DNA of 64,000 nt from Candidatus Brocadiia bacterium. GTDB lineage: Bacteria; Planctomycetota; Brocadiia; CAIUPP01. Of the stretch, positions 17,991-27,432 are shown one piece after another (the first letter of the stretch is position 1; every line of letters starts with the position of its first letter). Where the stretch lies: the NCBI GenBank assembly GCA_050015075.1, contig JBEKCB010000003.1:171214-235213 (forward strand), in the 5' to 3' direction. A program made the translations under genes and the position numbers. The notes under the pieces are model-generated. The model saw only the letters and a list, made by a program, of their open reading frames with translations, was not told the DNA's origin and searched no databases.

Positions 17991-19216
17991 TATCGGTTCT
18001 CTCCCGCGCGGAAGTTGCGGTTCAAGGCCGAGAAGTCCACGCCGCGCTTGCGGTGCCACTCGATGCCGTACTCGCGCAACTGGCCCCAGGTCATGACGCC
18101 GTCGCGGGCGGATCCGGCGACTTCGATCAGCCGGTCGGTGCAGGAGAAGCACGGGTCAATCGCGGCGACGACGATCGGCAGGTCGGCCAGGTAGCCGTCC
18201 TTGAGCATGTGGGCGACGGCCTGGACGTTCGCGAGCGTGGGCGCGCGGACTTTCACGCGCTCGGGCTTCTCCGTGCCGTTGGACTTGACGTAATGCGCGT
18301 CCTCGCCGCGCGGCGCCTCGTAGCGGACGAACGCCTCGGCGGCGGGGACTTTGCGCGGCGCCTTGACGGCGATGGGGCCTTCAGGCAGGTTCTCGATGAG
18401 TTGCCGGATGAGGCGGTAGCATTCCATCAGCTCGCCGCAGCGGACGAGCGTGCGGCCGTACACGTCGTTATGGTTGTCGGTGATGACGTTGACGGGGACC
18501 TCGGCGTACGCGGCGTACGGATCGTCCTTGCGGCAGTCGCGCGGCACGCTGGAGGCACGCGCGGTCGGGCCGACGGCGCCGAGCCGCACCGCGTCGTCGT
18601 GCGAGAGCGCGCCGACGCCGGAGAGCCGCTTGGCCAGCGTCACCTCTTCGGTCGCGACGGTGATGTAGTACTTCGTCCGCTCCTCGAGCACCTTGACGCC
18701 CTCGAGGATCTTCAGCTTCTGCTCGGAGCTGACGTCGCGCCGGACGCCGCCGATGGTGTTGATGCCGTAGTTGACGCGGTTGCCGGTGAGCATGGCGAGC
18801 AGGTCCATCACCACCTCGCGGTCGCGCCAGGTGTACATCAGCAGCGTGTCGAAGCCGACCTCGTGGCCGGCGACGCCGAGCCAGAGCAGGTGGCTGTGGA
18901 CGCGCTCGAGCTCGCCGACGAGGCTGCGGATGTAGTTCGCGCGGCGGGGGACTTCGAGCTGCGCGCATTCCTCGACGGCCATGGCAAAGGCGGTGGCGTG
19001 CGAGTGCGAGCAGATGCCGCAGATGCGCTCGACGAGGTAGAGGTCCTGAATGTACGTGCGCGCCTCGCAGGCCTTCTCGATCCCGCGGTGGTTGTAGCCG
19101 AGCCGGATGCCGGCCTTCATGATCTTCTCGCCGCTGAGGGTGAGCATGAAGCTCGTCGGCTCTTTGAGCGCCGGGTGTTGCGGCCCGATGGGCACTTGCA
19201 GATTCGCATCAGGCAT
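17990..19216 (-). CDS. Group 4 [NiFe]-hydrogenase large subunit
   Basis: GPQHPALKEP, L1 ERICGICSHSH, ELERVHSHL, EAPRGE, L2 DPCFSCTDR followed by a C-terminal extension. Confidence 0.95.
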   Translation of the reverse strand: MPDANLQVPIGPQHPALKEPTSFMLTLSGEKIMKAGIRLGYNHRGIEKACEARTYIQDLYLVERICGICSHSHATAFAMAVEECAQLEVPRRANYIRSLVGELERVHSHLLWLGVAGHEVGFDTLLMYTWRDREVVMDLLAMLTGNRVNYGINTIGGVRRDVSSEQKLKILEGVKVLEERTKYYITVATEEVTLAKRLSGVGALSHDDAVRLGAVGPTARASSVPRDCRKDDPYAAYAEVPVNVITDNHNDVYGRTLVRCGELMECYRLIRQLIENLPEGPIAVKAPRKVPAAEAFVRYEAPRGEDAHYVKSNGTEKPERVKVRAPTLANVQAVAHMLKDGYLADLPIVVAAIDPCFSCTDRLIEVAGSARDGVMTWGQLREYGIEWHRKRGVDFSALNRNFRAGENR

Positions 19217-19317
19217 GGTCCACCTCCATTCAGCCGCGTTCGCGCGAAGGCTCGAAAGACCCGAAGTCCGGGACGGTCACATCCGTCCCCCTCTTTCGCG
19301 GGTTCGCGTTTGCGCGG

Positions 19318-19463
19318 CTAGTGTTTAGTTGCGTAAATTGGCGTACCAATTTACGCAACTAAACACGGCCCAACGGAACGCATAACTCGCTATAACGACG
19401 CGGTTTATTGCGGTCATGCTTCTTTGCGGAAATAGGACGCCTATTTCCGCAAGGAAGCACTAC
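19318..19463. repeat. Double-hairpin element inside the hydrogenase operon
   Basis: Perfect 21-bp inverted repeat 19321-19366 and a related inverted hairpin 19417-19459; ends CTAG...CTAC. Confidence 0.85.
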
Positions 19464-19465
19464 CG

Positions 19466-19960
19466 TCAATCTCTCTTTCGCGGGGCGCCCGGAAGGCTCT
19501 CCGCCGTCCAGTCTTTGCGCAGCGGGTGCTGGCCCGCCGGCCAGTTATCCGGCAGCGGATACCGCGGGCCTTCCGGCAGGCCCTGCACCTGGAAGCCCAG
19601 CAGGTCCACCAGTTCGCGTTCGTAAGCTGCGGCGGCCGGGAATCGGGCCGTGACGCTCTGCAGGACCGGCTTGTCCTTGGGCAGAGCGGTGGCCAGGTTC
19701 AGGACGACGCCGCTGGGCCGCGCCAGGTGATAGATGACGCCGAGCGTGGCGCCCAGGTCGAGCCCGGTCATCGCGCAGAGGATCGTGAACTGCATCCGAT
19801 CCTGAAGGTGGCCCAGGACCTCGGCGGCCTGGTCGGCGGGCGCTTCGGCGAACATCCGCCGCGCGCGCGCAATGCGGATCTTGGCGTCCAGGAATGGAAA
19901 TTTCCCGGCGAGTTCGGCCTGAATCGCCTTCTCTTCCGTCATGGCATTTTCACCGGACAT
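19466..19960 (-). CDS. NuoC/EchD-like hydrogenase subunit
   Basis: LCAMTGLD, SVTARFPAAAAYERELVDLLG, LPDNWPAGQHPLRKDW. Confidence 0.9.
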   Translation of the reverse strand: MSGENAMTEEKAIQAELAGKFPFLDAKIRIARARRMFAEAPADQAAEVLGHLQDRMQFTILCAMTGLDLGATLGVIYHLARPSGVVLNLATALPKDKPVLQSVTARFPAAAAYERELVDLLGFQVQGLPEGPRYPLPDNWPAGQHPLRKDWTAESLPGAPRKRD

Positions 19961-19980
19961 GGCCGCCCCGATTCATGATA

Positions 19981-20412
19981 TCACTGTTCCAGGCTCTTGA
20001 GCAACTTCACGACGCCGTCAATGATCGCCGGCGGGCTGGCCGGGCAGCCGGGAATGTAGGCGCTGACCGGCAGCACGGCGTCGATTCCCTGCATGACATT
20101 GTAGCAGCCCTGGAAAACGCCGCCGGAGCAGGCGCAGGTGCCGCAGGCGACGACGAATTTCGGCTCGGCCATCTGCTCGTAGATGCGGACGATCCGGTCC
20201 TGGATCTGCCGCGTCACCGGCCCGGAGCAGACGAGCACGTCGGCATGCCGCGGCGTGGCCTTGAGCTGGATGCCGAAGCGCTCGATGTCGTACCTCGGCG
20301 TCAGCGCCGCGATGATCTCGATGTCGCAGGCGTTGCACGCGCCGGAGTTGAAATGGAGGATCCACGGCGACTTGATCCTCGCCCAGGTCACTACGCGCTG
20401 AAGCACAGGCAT
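19981..20412 (-). CDS. Group 4 [NiFe]-hydrogenase small subunit (NuoB-like)
   Basis: SGACNACDIE, PRHADVL, GTCACSGG, YIPGCP. Confidence 0.93.
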   Translation of the reverse strand: MPVLQRVVTWARIKSPWILHFNSGACNACDIEIIAALTPRYDIERFGIQLKATPRHADVLVCSGPVTRQIQDRIVRIYEQMAEPKFVVACGTCACSGGVFQGCYNVMQGIDAVLPVSAYIPGCPASPPAIIDGVVKLLKSLEQ

Positions 20413-20416
20413 TCGA

Positions 20417-20749
20417 TCACCTTCTGTACAAGACCGAGAGTCCGACGAACCCGCCGAGGACATAGATCAGTGCGATGCACAGCGTCGCGAGGGTGCCCAC
20501 CTGCATGGTGGTGGTCATCAGCGCGATGACGTGGAGGATCGTGAAGAAAAAAGCGAACGGGAAGAACTGGCTGTAGTCCGGCTGGACTTTCTGGTCGGGC
20601 GTCTCCTCGCCGCAGGCGTACGGCTTGGCGCCGGCGCCGATCCGGCCTTTGCGCAGGGCCAGGCCCGAGAGGACGCCGAAGAAGCAGACCCCCGCGGCCA
20701 GGATGATGAGGAACGCGGCCGGCGGGCTCAGCAGCCAGGACCAGTTCAT
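20417..20749 (-). CDS. NuoA-like membrane subunit
   Basis: KPYACGE, YSQFFPFAFFFTILH; three hydrophobic segments. Confidence 0.8.
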   Translation of the reverse strand: MNWSWLLSPPAAFLIILAAGVCFFGVLSGLALRKGRIGAGAKPYACGEETPDQKVQPDYSQFFPFAFFFTILHVIALMTTTMQVGTLATLCIALIYVLGGFVGLSVLYRR

Positions 20750-20753
20750 GAGA

Positions 20754-21074
20754 TCACCCTTTCAGTTCGCGCAGATGGGCCACGTCGAGCGAGTCGGTGT
20801 GCTTGTAAACGCACAGGATGATGGCCACCGCCACCACGACGACGGCGACCTCGATGACGATCAGCGTGATGGCCAGCGCCTGCGCCAGCCCGTACTGCCC
20901 GGTGGCGTAGCCGCTGGCGACCAGCGCGAGCGTGGTCGCCTTGGAGAGGATCTCCAGCGCGATCACCATCCGCACCAGGTTCCGCGTCGTCAGCAGGCTG
21001 TAAAAGCCGACGATCAGCAGCAGGACGATGCCCATGCCGCACAGCAGCACCAGGCGAGCCACGGGGTCAGGCAT
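20754..21074 (-). CDS. NuoK/MnhC-like membrane subunit
   Basis: RNLVRMVIALEIL, QALAITLIVIEVAV. Confidence 0.85.
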   Translation of the reverse strand: MPDPVARLVLLCGMGIVLLLIVGFYSLLTTRNLVRMVIALEILSKATTLALVASGYATGQYGLAQALAITLIVIEVAVVVVAVAIILCVYKHTDSLDVAHLRELKG

Positions 21075-21115
21075 GCGTTCATCCTATCGCATCACGTGAA
21101 ATACGGGCGACTCAT

Positions 21116-21616
21116 TCACTTTGCGTCGCGCTTTTCCCGCACCAGCACCACCACCGCCAGCGCGCCGCCGAGCAGGATGACAATCTGCCCGAGCAGGTCC
21201 ATGTGGCGCAGCGCCCAGAGCGTGGTGCGCACGTCTTCCTCCTTCGGCGGCGGCGGAAGGATCGCCGGGAAATCGAGCGACACGTTCAGCCGGCTCAGCA
21301 GGATGGCCGCCACGATCACGAGGATGGGCAGCGGCCAGTATTGCTTGAGTTTCTGTTTCTTGCGCGCGATCAACTGCTCCGCGTCGAGACGCTGCGTCAG
21401 GCTGATCGTGGTGATCAGGATGGCCGGGATGAGGCCGGCGCAGACGGACAGCTCGAACACGCCGGCGATCGGCGAATTCAGCCGGAACATGAGCGCGGTG
21501 ATGAGCACGCTCGTCACGGCCAGCGCCACCACCGCCCGCAACAGCCGCGCCGTCATCACCGTCCAGAGCGCGGCCGCCACCAGCGCGGCGATCAGCATCA
21601 CGTCCACTCTGTGCAT
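21116..21616 (-). CDS. NuoJ/MnhB-like membrane subunit
   Basis: LLRAVVALA, AGVFELSVCAGLI, LWALRHMDLLGQ. Confidence 0.8.
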   Translation of the reverse strand: MHRVDVMLIAALVAAALWTVMTARLLRAVVALAVTSVLITALMFRLNSPIAGVFELSVCAGLIPAILITTISLTQRLDAEQLIARKKQKLKQYWPLPILVIVAAILLSRLNVSLDFPAILPPPPKEEDVRTTLWALRHMDLLGQIVILLGGALAVVVLVREKRDAK

Positions 21617-21640
21617 CGTTCTCGTCGTCCTTGTCCGTGC

Positions 21641-23119
21641 CTACGGCGCAACCCGCGCCTGGAGCAGGAACGTGTGGTACAGCAATGGAAACAGCACGCC
21701 CGCGCCGACGGTCACGCCGGCGAGCGCCATCGAGGCGATCACCAGGCCGGCGCTCGCCTCGCGCGTTTCCTCGAGCCCTTCGCGCACTTTGCCGAAGAAC
21801 ACCTTGCGCTGCATGATCAGTAGATAGGCCAGCGTCACCACGCTCATCAGCACGGCGAGGATCGCGTAAACGCCGTGGCCCGCCTGCCAGAGCGCCAGGA
21901 TGATCAGCAGCTTGCTCCAGAATCCCGCCAGCGGCGGCACGCCCGCCGCCGAGAGCAGGCCGACGACGGAGGTCGTCGCCGTGACCGGCATCCGCCCGCC
22001 CAGTCCGCCGAGCCGCTCCATGTCCGTGGTCTTGAGCCGCTGCTCGACGGCGGCGGAGTTGACGAAGAGGAGCGACTTGAAGGTGGCATGGTTGAACAGG
22101 TGGAACACCGCGCCGACGACCGCCAGCGGCGTGCCGCAGCCGAGAGCCAGGACGATGTAGCCGACCTGGCTGATGGATGACCACGCCAGCAGGCGTTTCA
22201 TGTCGGTCTGCGCGATCGCCGCGAACGCGCCGACGACGATCGAGACCATGCCCACCAGCAGCATCACCGCGCTGAACGAGGCGCTCCCGGCGAAGAGGTC
22301 CGAGGCCCACGCGAGCCGGGCGACCGGCAGCGCCGGCGGCGCCGCCGAGTACGCGCCGATCAGCCCCAGCCGGATCAAGCCGTAGATGCCCGAGATCTTC
22401 GTCGCCGCCCCGGCGAGCAGCACCGAGACCGGCGCGGGCGCCGCCGAGTACGCGCCGGGCACCCAGCCGTGGAACGGCACCAGCCCGCCCTTGATGAACA
22501 GGCCGCAGATGAACGCGCCCAGGGCGATCCGCACCAGCGGGTTTGCCCCCGGCGCGCAGACGGCTTTGTGGATCACCTCGAACGACGCGCTGTGCGCCGC
22601 CAGGACGAAGAGCGCGATCGCCGTCAGCATCAGCACCGTCGCCACGGCGGACATGATGATGTACTTGAAGGCGCCCTCGAGCCCGTGCCGGTCGCGGTTG
22701 AACGCGATCAGCAGGAACGAGGCCACCGCCGTGATCTCCAGGAAGACGTACAGGCTGAACAGGTCGCTGACGAGCACCGCGCCGTTCATGCCGATCAGCG
22801 ACACGAGCAGCACGTTCATGAAGTAGAACCGCTGCTTCTCGTCGGCCATCATCGCGTGGCCGACCAGGGCCGTGACGAAGATCACCATGCCGGCGCAGAG
22901 CAGCAGCACGAAGCTCAGCTCGTCGGCCATCAGGTTGAGGCCGAGGAACTGCCCGCCCGCGCCCGCGCGCACCAGGTCGGGCCGGAACACCAGCACCGCC
23001 GCCTGCGCGGCCGTCAGGAGCAGGACCAGCCCATAAGCGAGGCCCGTCCGCTGCCCCCGGATCGGCAGGTTCAGCAGGATCAATGCCGCCAGCGGCGCCA
23101 GGACCAGGACCGAAAGCAC
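21641..23119 (-). CDS. Antiporter-like subunit (NuoL/M/N, MnhD family)
   Basis: DLFSLYVFLEI, KGGLVPFHGWVPGAY, DMKRLLAWSSISQVGY, HATFKSLLF, GVPPLAGFWSK; GTG start after aggag. Confidence 0.9.
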   Translation of the reverse strand: MLSVLVLAPLAALILLNLPIRGQRTGLAYGLVLLLTAAQAAVLVFRPDLVRAGAGGQFLGLNLMADELSFVLLLCAGMVIFVTALVGHAMMADEKQRFYFMNVLLVSLIGMNGAVLVSDLFSLYVFLEITAVASFLLIAFNRDRHGLEGAFKYIIMSAVATVLMLTAIALFVLAAHSASFEVIHKAVCAPGANPLVRIALGAFICGLFIKGGLVPFHGWVPGAYSAAPAPVSVLLAGAATKISGIYGLIRLGLIGAYSAAPPALPVARLAWASDLFAGSASFSAVMLLVGMVSIVVGAFAAIAQTDMKRLLAWSSISQVGYIVLALGCGTPLAVVGAVFHLFNHATFKSLLFVNSAAVEQRLKTTDMERLGGLGGRMPVTATTSVVGLLSAAGVPPLAGFWSKLLIILALWQAGHGVYAILAVLMSVVTLAYLLIMQRKVFFGKVREGLEETREASAGLVIASMALAGVTVGAGVLFPLLYHTFLLQARVAP

Positions 23120-23207
23120 CGTTGCACTCCTATTGACGTGTACCCGAAACAACGCACATACGTCCAGCGCGCTTCATGTCGCGCGCAGTACGCTGCGCGC
23201 CCTGGCT

Positions 23208-23264
23208 GCTTGTAGTGTGCCCGTCAGGGCATACGAAGCAGCGCCTGACGGCGCCACTACAAGC
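23208..23264 (+). repeat. REP doublet, copy 2 (inside the hydrogenase operon)
   Basis: Near-identical to 8032-8088. Confidence 0.9.
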
Positions 23265-23279
23265 GACACCATTTTCCGC

Positions 23280-25106
23280 TCAGACGCACCAGACGACGAA
23301 CGCGATGACGGCCGCAGCGCCGCCGAGCGCCCAGAGGACGTAGAGCGACGCGTTGCCGGTGTGGACGGCGCGAATGCTCCAGCCCAGCCCGCGCGCCGCG
23401 CCCACGGCCAGCCGGTCATAGACCCAGTCCAGCCCGCGGTCGCAGGCCCAGCCGATCGCCGAGATCACGCCGAGCAGTTTCATTCCCAGATCGTACGGGT
23501 CGAAGTATCGCTTCTCGGCGCCGTCATAGACGCTGCACAGCCCGGGCGCGTTGCGGATGTGGTCCACGGCGTGCAGTCCGCCGCCGTGCGCCTTCGCGCC
23601 GAGCAGGTGATGGACCAGCGCGGCCGCCAGCGCGAGCACCGCCAGCCCGGCCAGCAGCGGGTGGAACTGCATGCCGGCGAAAGGCTCCGGCCCGGCCAGC
23701 GGCGTGATCTGGCCGAGGTGGTTGACCGGCAGCGCGTTCCACACGCCGAAGAGCACGCACAGCGCCGCGATCACGATCATCGGGGCGAGCATGGAGACCG
23801 GCGCCTCGCGGACCGAATCGTGGCTCGGGTCCCGCTTGCCGAAATAGGCCGCGTGGCCGAGCTTGAGGAAGGAGGCCGCGGTGAGGAACGTGCCGAGGAG
23901 CGCCGCGAGATAGAAGACGACGTGCCGCTCCTTCGCGGCGTCGTAGATCAGCTCCTTCGAGAAGAACCCGTTGAACGGCGGGCAGCCGGAGATGGAGAGC
24001 GCGAAGACCAGGTAGCAGGCGAACGTCACCGGCATCCGCGACGCCAGCCCGCCGAGCTTCGAGAGGTCCGTCGTGCCGGTCTGCTTCTCCACCGAGCCGG
24101 CCGTCATGAACAGGCCGCTTTTGTACAGCGCATTGTTCAGCATGTGGAACAGCCCGCCGATGACGCCGGCCGGCAGCGCCGTCCCGAGGCCCAGGATCAT
24201 GTAACCGACCTGGCTGATCGCGTGATACGAGAGCAGCCGCTTGTAGTTCTTCTGCACCAGGGCCATCATCACGGCGATCAGCAAGCCCGCCGAGCCGAGG
24301 ATCATCAGCGCCGGGCTCAGCCAGGTGTGCTCGATCGGGAACAGGTCCAGCGTAATCCGCGCGAGCATGTAGATGCCGAGCAGTTTCTCGAGGCTCGCCG
24401 GCAGGAACGCCATGAACGGCAGCGGCGCGTCCACCGCCGCGTCGGGAATCCACGTGTGAAACGGGACCGACCCGGCCTTGGAGACCGCGCCGATCGCGAG
24501 GAGGGCGGCGGCCAGGCAGCCCATCGCGCTTATCGGCAGCCGGGCCTGGTGCATCACCAGCGAACTCTGCCAGCCGGTCAGCGCGATGCCGAACAGCATG
24601 CACAGGTCCGTGATCCCGACGATGATGAACATCTTCGTCGCGGTCTTGAACGCTCCCGGCGAGCCGAGCGCGATCATGCCGAACGTCGTGCCGAGCAGCC
24701 CTTCCCAGAAGAAGAGCAGCACCACCAGGTGGTCGGCCAGCACGATGCCGTTGGCCATCGCCAGCGAGATGAGCAGGTACGCGTAGAAGAGCGCCGGCCG
24801 GCTCCGGTCGCGCATAAACTTCCAGCAGTAGAGCGTGACCAGGAACGAGAAGAACGCCACCGCGAGCAGGAAGAACGCGCTGAACCGGTACAGCCGCAGC
24901 GTGAACGTCAGCCCCGCGCACCAGGCGAAGGAACAGGAGACGGTCTCGCCGAAGAGGTCGCAGGCGAGGACCAGGTTGCCCAGCGCGGCGAGCAGTGCGA
25001 CCGCCTCGCGCAGGTACGGGACGCGCTTCGGCATCGCCAGCACCAGCAGCGCGCCGGCCAGCGGCAGGAAGATCGGCCAGAAGAGGATGGGCATCCAATC
25101 GGTCAT
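23280..25106 (-). CDS. Antiporter-like subunit (NuoL/MnhA family)
   Basis: LLFFWE, KAGSVPFHTWIPDA, NYKRLLSYHAISQVGY, GCPPFNGFFSKE. Confidence 0.92.
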   Translation of the reverse strand: MTDWMPILFWPIFLPLAGALLVLAMPKRVPYLREAVALLAALGNLVLACDLFGETVSCSFAWCAGLTFTLRLYRFSAFFLLAVAFFSFLVTLYCWKFMRDRSRPALFYAYLLISLAMANGIVLADHLVVLLFFWEGLLGTTFGMIALGSPGAFKTATKMFIIVGITDLCMLFGIALTGWQSSLVMHQARLPISAMGCLAAALLAIGAVSKAGSVPFHTWIPDAAVDAPLPFMAFLPASLEKLLGIYMLARITLDLFPIEHTWLSPALMILGSAGLLIAVMMALVQKNYKRLLSYHAISQVGYMILGLGTALPAGVIGGLFHMLNNALYKSGLFMTAGSVEKQTGTTDLSKLGGLASRMPVTFACYLVFALSISGCPPFNGFFSKELIYDAAKERHVVFYLAALLGTFLTAASFLKLGHAAYFGKRDPSHDSVREAPVSMLAPMIVIAALCVLFGVWNALPVNHLGQITPLAGPEPFAGMQFHPLLAGLAVLALAAALVHHLLGAKAHGGGLHAVDHIRNAPGLCSVYDGAEKRYFDPYDLGMKLLGVISAIGWACDRGLDWVYDRLAVGAARGLGWSIRAVHTGNASLYVLWALGGAAAVIAFVVWCV

Positions 25107-25107
25107 T

Positions 25108-26580
25108 TCACCTGCCCAGCATTTGCAGTGCGGCCGCTTGCGCGAACCGGGCGCACGGGTTGATGAACAGTCCCGCCGCGAGCGACAGCGCCGCGAGGCT
25201 CACCACCGAGCCGACCATCACCGGCGATCCTTCGGCGGCTTGCGAGGACTTCGGCTCGCCCAGGAAGACCATCGTGAACGCGCGGAAGAGGTACGCGATC
25301 GTCATGAACGCCGCCGCCAGGAACGCCAGGCCGACCCAGAGCCGCCCGTTCTCGGCGGCCGCCGCGAACACCATGTATTTCGCGAAGAACCCGCCGAACG
25401 GCGGAATGCCCATCACCGAGAATGAGCAGAGCAGGAACGCCACGGCCGTGAACGGCATCGTCCGCGCCAGCCCGCCGAGCTGGCGGATGTCCTTCGTGTG
25501 CGTCCGCTGCTCGACGATGCCCGCGCAGAGGAAAAGCCCGCCCTTCGCCAGGCCGTGCATCAGGATGTAGAGCAGCGCGCCCGTCACGCCGATCTCCGCG
25601 GCCCGGCCGCCGATCCCGCCGACGGCGAACCCGAAGAAGATGAACGCGATCTGGCTGATGGTGCTGTAGGCGATCAGCCGCTTCAGGTCCGTCTCCTTCA
25701 GCGCCGCGCCCGCGCTGATGAGCGCGCTCGCCGCGGCCACCACCAGCACCGCGCTCCGCCCCCACGCGGCGATGTCGAACGTGACCACGAACAGCCGCGC
25801 GTAAACGTACACGCCGATCTTCACCAGCACCGCCGCGTGGAGCAGCGCCGTGACCGGCGAGGGCGCCACGCCGGCGTCGGGCAGCCACGTCTGGAACGGC
25901 AGCGTGGCCGATTTCGACAGGATGCCCAGCATGATCAGCGTCGCCGCCAGCGTGCTGATCTCCTTGCCGCGCAGCGCCAGCAGGTTGAACGCGAACCGCT
26001 GCTCCGCGCCGTGCTGCCCGTTCGAGCCGTACTGCACGCCCAGGATCACAAAGCCCGCCAGCATCGCCAGCGCGCCGAACCCGGTGACCAGGAACGCCTT
26101 GTCGGCGCGCACGACGTGCTGCTTCTCGCGGAAGTACCCGATCAGCCGCCAGCTCGTGATCGCCGTCAGCTCCCAGAAGACGTACAGCCAGATCAGGTTC
26201 GACGAGAACACCAGCCCCATCATCGAGCCGAGGAAGAGCACCACCATGCAATAGTACTCGTCCTGGTATTCGTAGTGGCTGATGTAGCTCATCGAGTAGA
26301 GGACGATGATGCTGCTGATCAGCGACGACATGGCGGCGGTGAAGACCGCCAGCCCGTCCGCGCGGAGGATGAAATCGAACCCGTACGGCAGCGGGACGGA
26401 GAACACGGCCGGCATTCCGGCCATCGCCGACGGGATGAGCATCAGCGAGCAGACCAGCGAGGCCGCCACGAAGCAGAGCGCCGCGCCGTTGCGGAGCCTG
26501 GCGCCGAACAGCGGCAGGAGAAACGCGCCCAGGATCGGGACGAACACGGCGAGCAAAAGAAGTGTTTCGTTGCTTGTCAC
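25108..26580 (-). CDS. Antiporter-like subunit (NuoL-like), first gene of the operon
   Basis: LYVFWEL, KSATLPFQTWLPDAGVAPSPVTALLHAAVLVKIG, DLKRLIAYSTISQ, GIPPFGGFFAK. Confidence 0.92.
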   Translation of the reverse strand: MTSNETLLLLAVFVPILGAFLLPLFGARLRNGAALCFVAASLVCSLMLIPSAMAGMPAVFSVPLPYGFDFILRADGLAVFTAAMSSLISSIIVLYSMSYISHYEYQDEYYCMVVLFLGSMMGLVFSSNLIWLYVFWELTAITSWRLIGYFREKQHVVRADKAFLVTGFGALAMLAGFVILGVQYGSNGQHGAEQRFAFNLLALRGKEISTLAATLIMLGILSKSATLPFQTWLPDAGVAPSPVTALLHAAVLVKIGVYVYARLFVVTFDIAAWGRSAVLVVAAASALISAGAALKETDLKRLIAYSTISQIAFIFFGFAVGGIGGRAAEIGVTGALLYILMHGLAKGGLFLCAGIVEQRTHTKDIRQLGGLARTMPFTAVAFLLCSFSVMGIPPFGGFFAKYMVFAAAAENGRLWVGLAFLAAAFMTIAYLFRAFTMVFLGEPKSSQAAEGSPVMVGSVVSLAALSLAAGLFINPCARFAQAAALQMLGR

Positions 26581-26714
26581 CGCGCGCTGTATCCATGTCC
26601 AGGAAGGAGGCTGTCAGACAGGACGGCATTTTACCCGCGTCATGCGCGTTCTGCAAACGGAAGACGGCTGATTTTTGAGGAGCGGGGCGGCGGGCGAAAG
26701 GCCCGGCTGCGCCT

Positions 26715-27143
26715 TCAATCCGTCTTCCCCAGCCGCTTCAGGGCGGCGGCCGCGTCGCCGTCGCCGCGGTCGCGCGAAATCCCATACCAGCGGCGCGCCT
26801 GCGCGAGGTTTTTCTTCACGCCCTCGCCGTTCTCGTAGGCCACCGCCAGCCAATACGCGGCGGTCGGGCAGCCCTGGCCGGCGGCCTGCCGGTAGAACGG
26901 GAGCGCCTTCGCGTAGTCCTGCTTCACGCCGGTCCCGTTGCGGTAGCAGTAGCCCACGTCGCAGAGGCCGCTGTTGTGGCCCTGCGCGGCGGCCTTGCGG
27001 TACCATTTCAGCGCCTCGGCGTAATCGCGGGCGACCGAATCGCCCTCGTAATACTTGCAGCCGAGTTCATACTGCGCGTCCGCCTCGCCCGCCTCCGCCC
27101 GCCGGCGCAACGCCGCAAGCTCCGATCGTTCGGCCGCTTTCAT
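26715..27143 (-). CDS. Sel1-repeat protein
   Basis: AQYELGCKYYEGDSVARDYAEALKWYRKAAAQG plus two further repeats. Confidence 0.92.
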   Translation of the reverse strand: MKAAERSELAALRRRAEAGEADAQYELGCKYYEGDSVARDYAEALKWYRKAAAQGHNSGLCDVGYCYRNGTGVKQDYAKALPFYRQAAGQGCPTAAYWLAVAYENGEGVKKNLAQARRWYGISRDRGDGDAAAALKRLGKTD

Positions 27144-27219
27144 GTCTGCTCCTCCTTATTAAAGGGTGACCAGCCGGAATCCTACGTCCCGCATCGGAAT
27201 CTTGTCAAGCTACGAACGG

Positions 27220-27294
27220 GGACGATGGACGATAGACGATGGACCACGGAACCTCGTCCGCCGTCCATCGTCCATCGTCCATTCTCCATCTTCC
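27220..27294. repeat. Hairpin of 7-nt tandem units (GACGATG)n...(CGTCCAT)n
   Basis: Three units on the left arm, three to four on the right; the same unit occurs x4 inside hycI and partially at about 28022. Confidence 0.8.
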
Positions 27295-27432
27295 GTGATT
27301 TTGTTGACAGGTATCCTTTCGGATGATATCCTTTCTCCGAGGGAAGGGTGGGGCGCAATCGGCGGAACAAACTCGTCCGTAGGCGAGAGGAGATTTTGCG
27401 CCGTTAGCGGGTATCACACAAGGAGGGCGTTC

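Noticed and set aside
17990-20412. Calling the cluster NADH dehydrogenase (nuo)
   Set aside because: Large subunit keeps both Ni-binding CxxC motifs, a maturation protease is linked, and NuoEFG are absent.
23133-25163. 676-aa plus-strand ORF and similar long antisense ORFs (6457-8205, 27205-29271, 57192-59561)
   Set aside because: GC-rich shadow frames opposite well-supported genes; no motifs.
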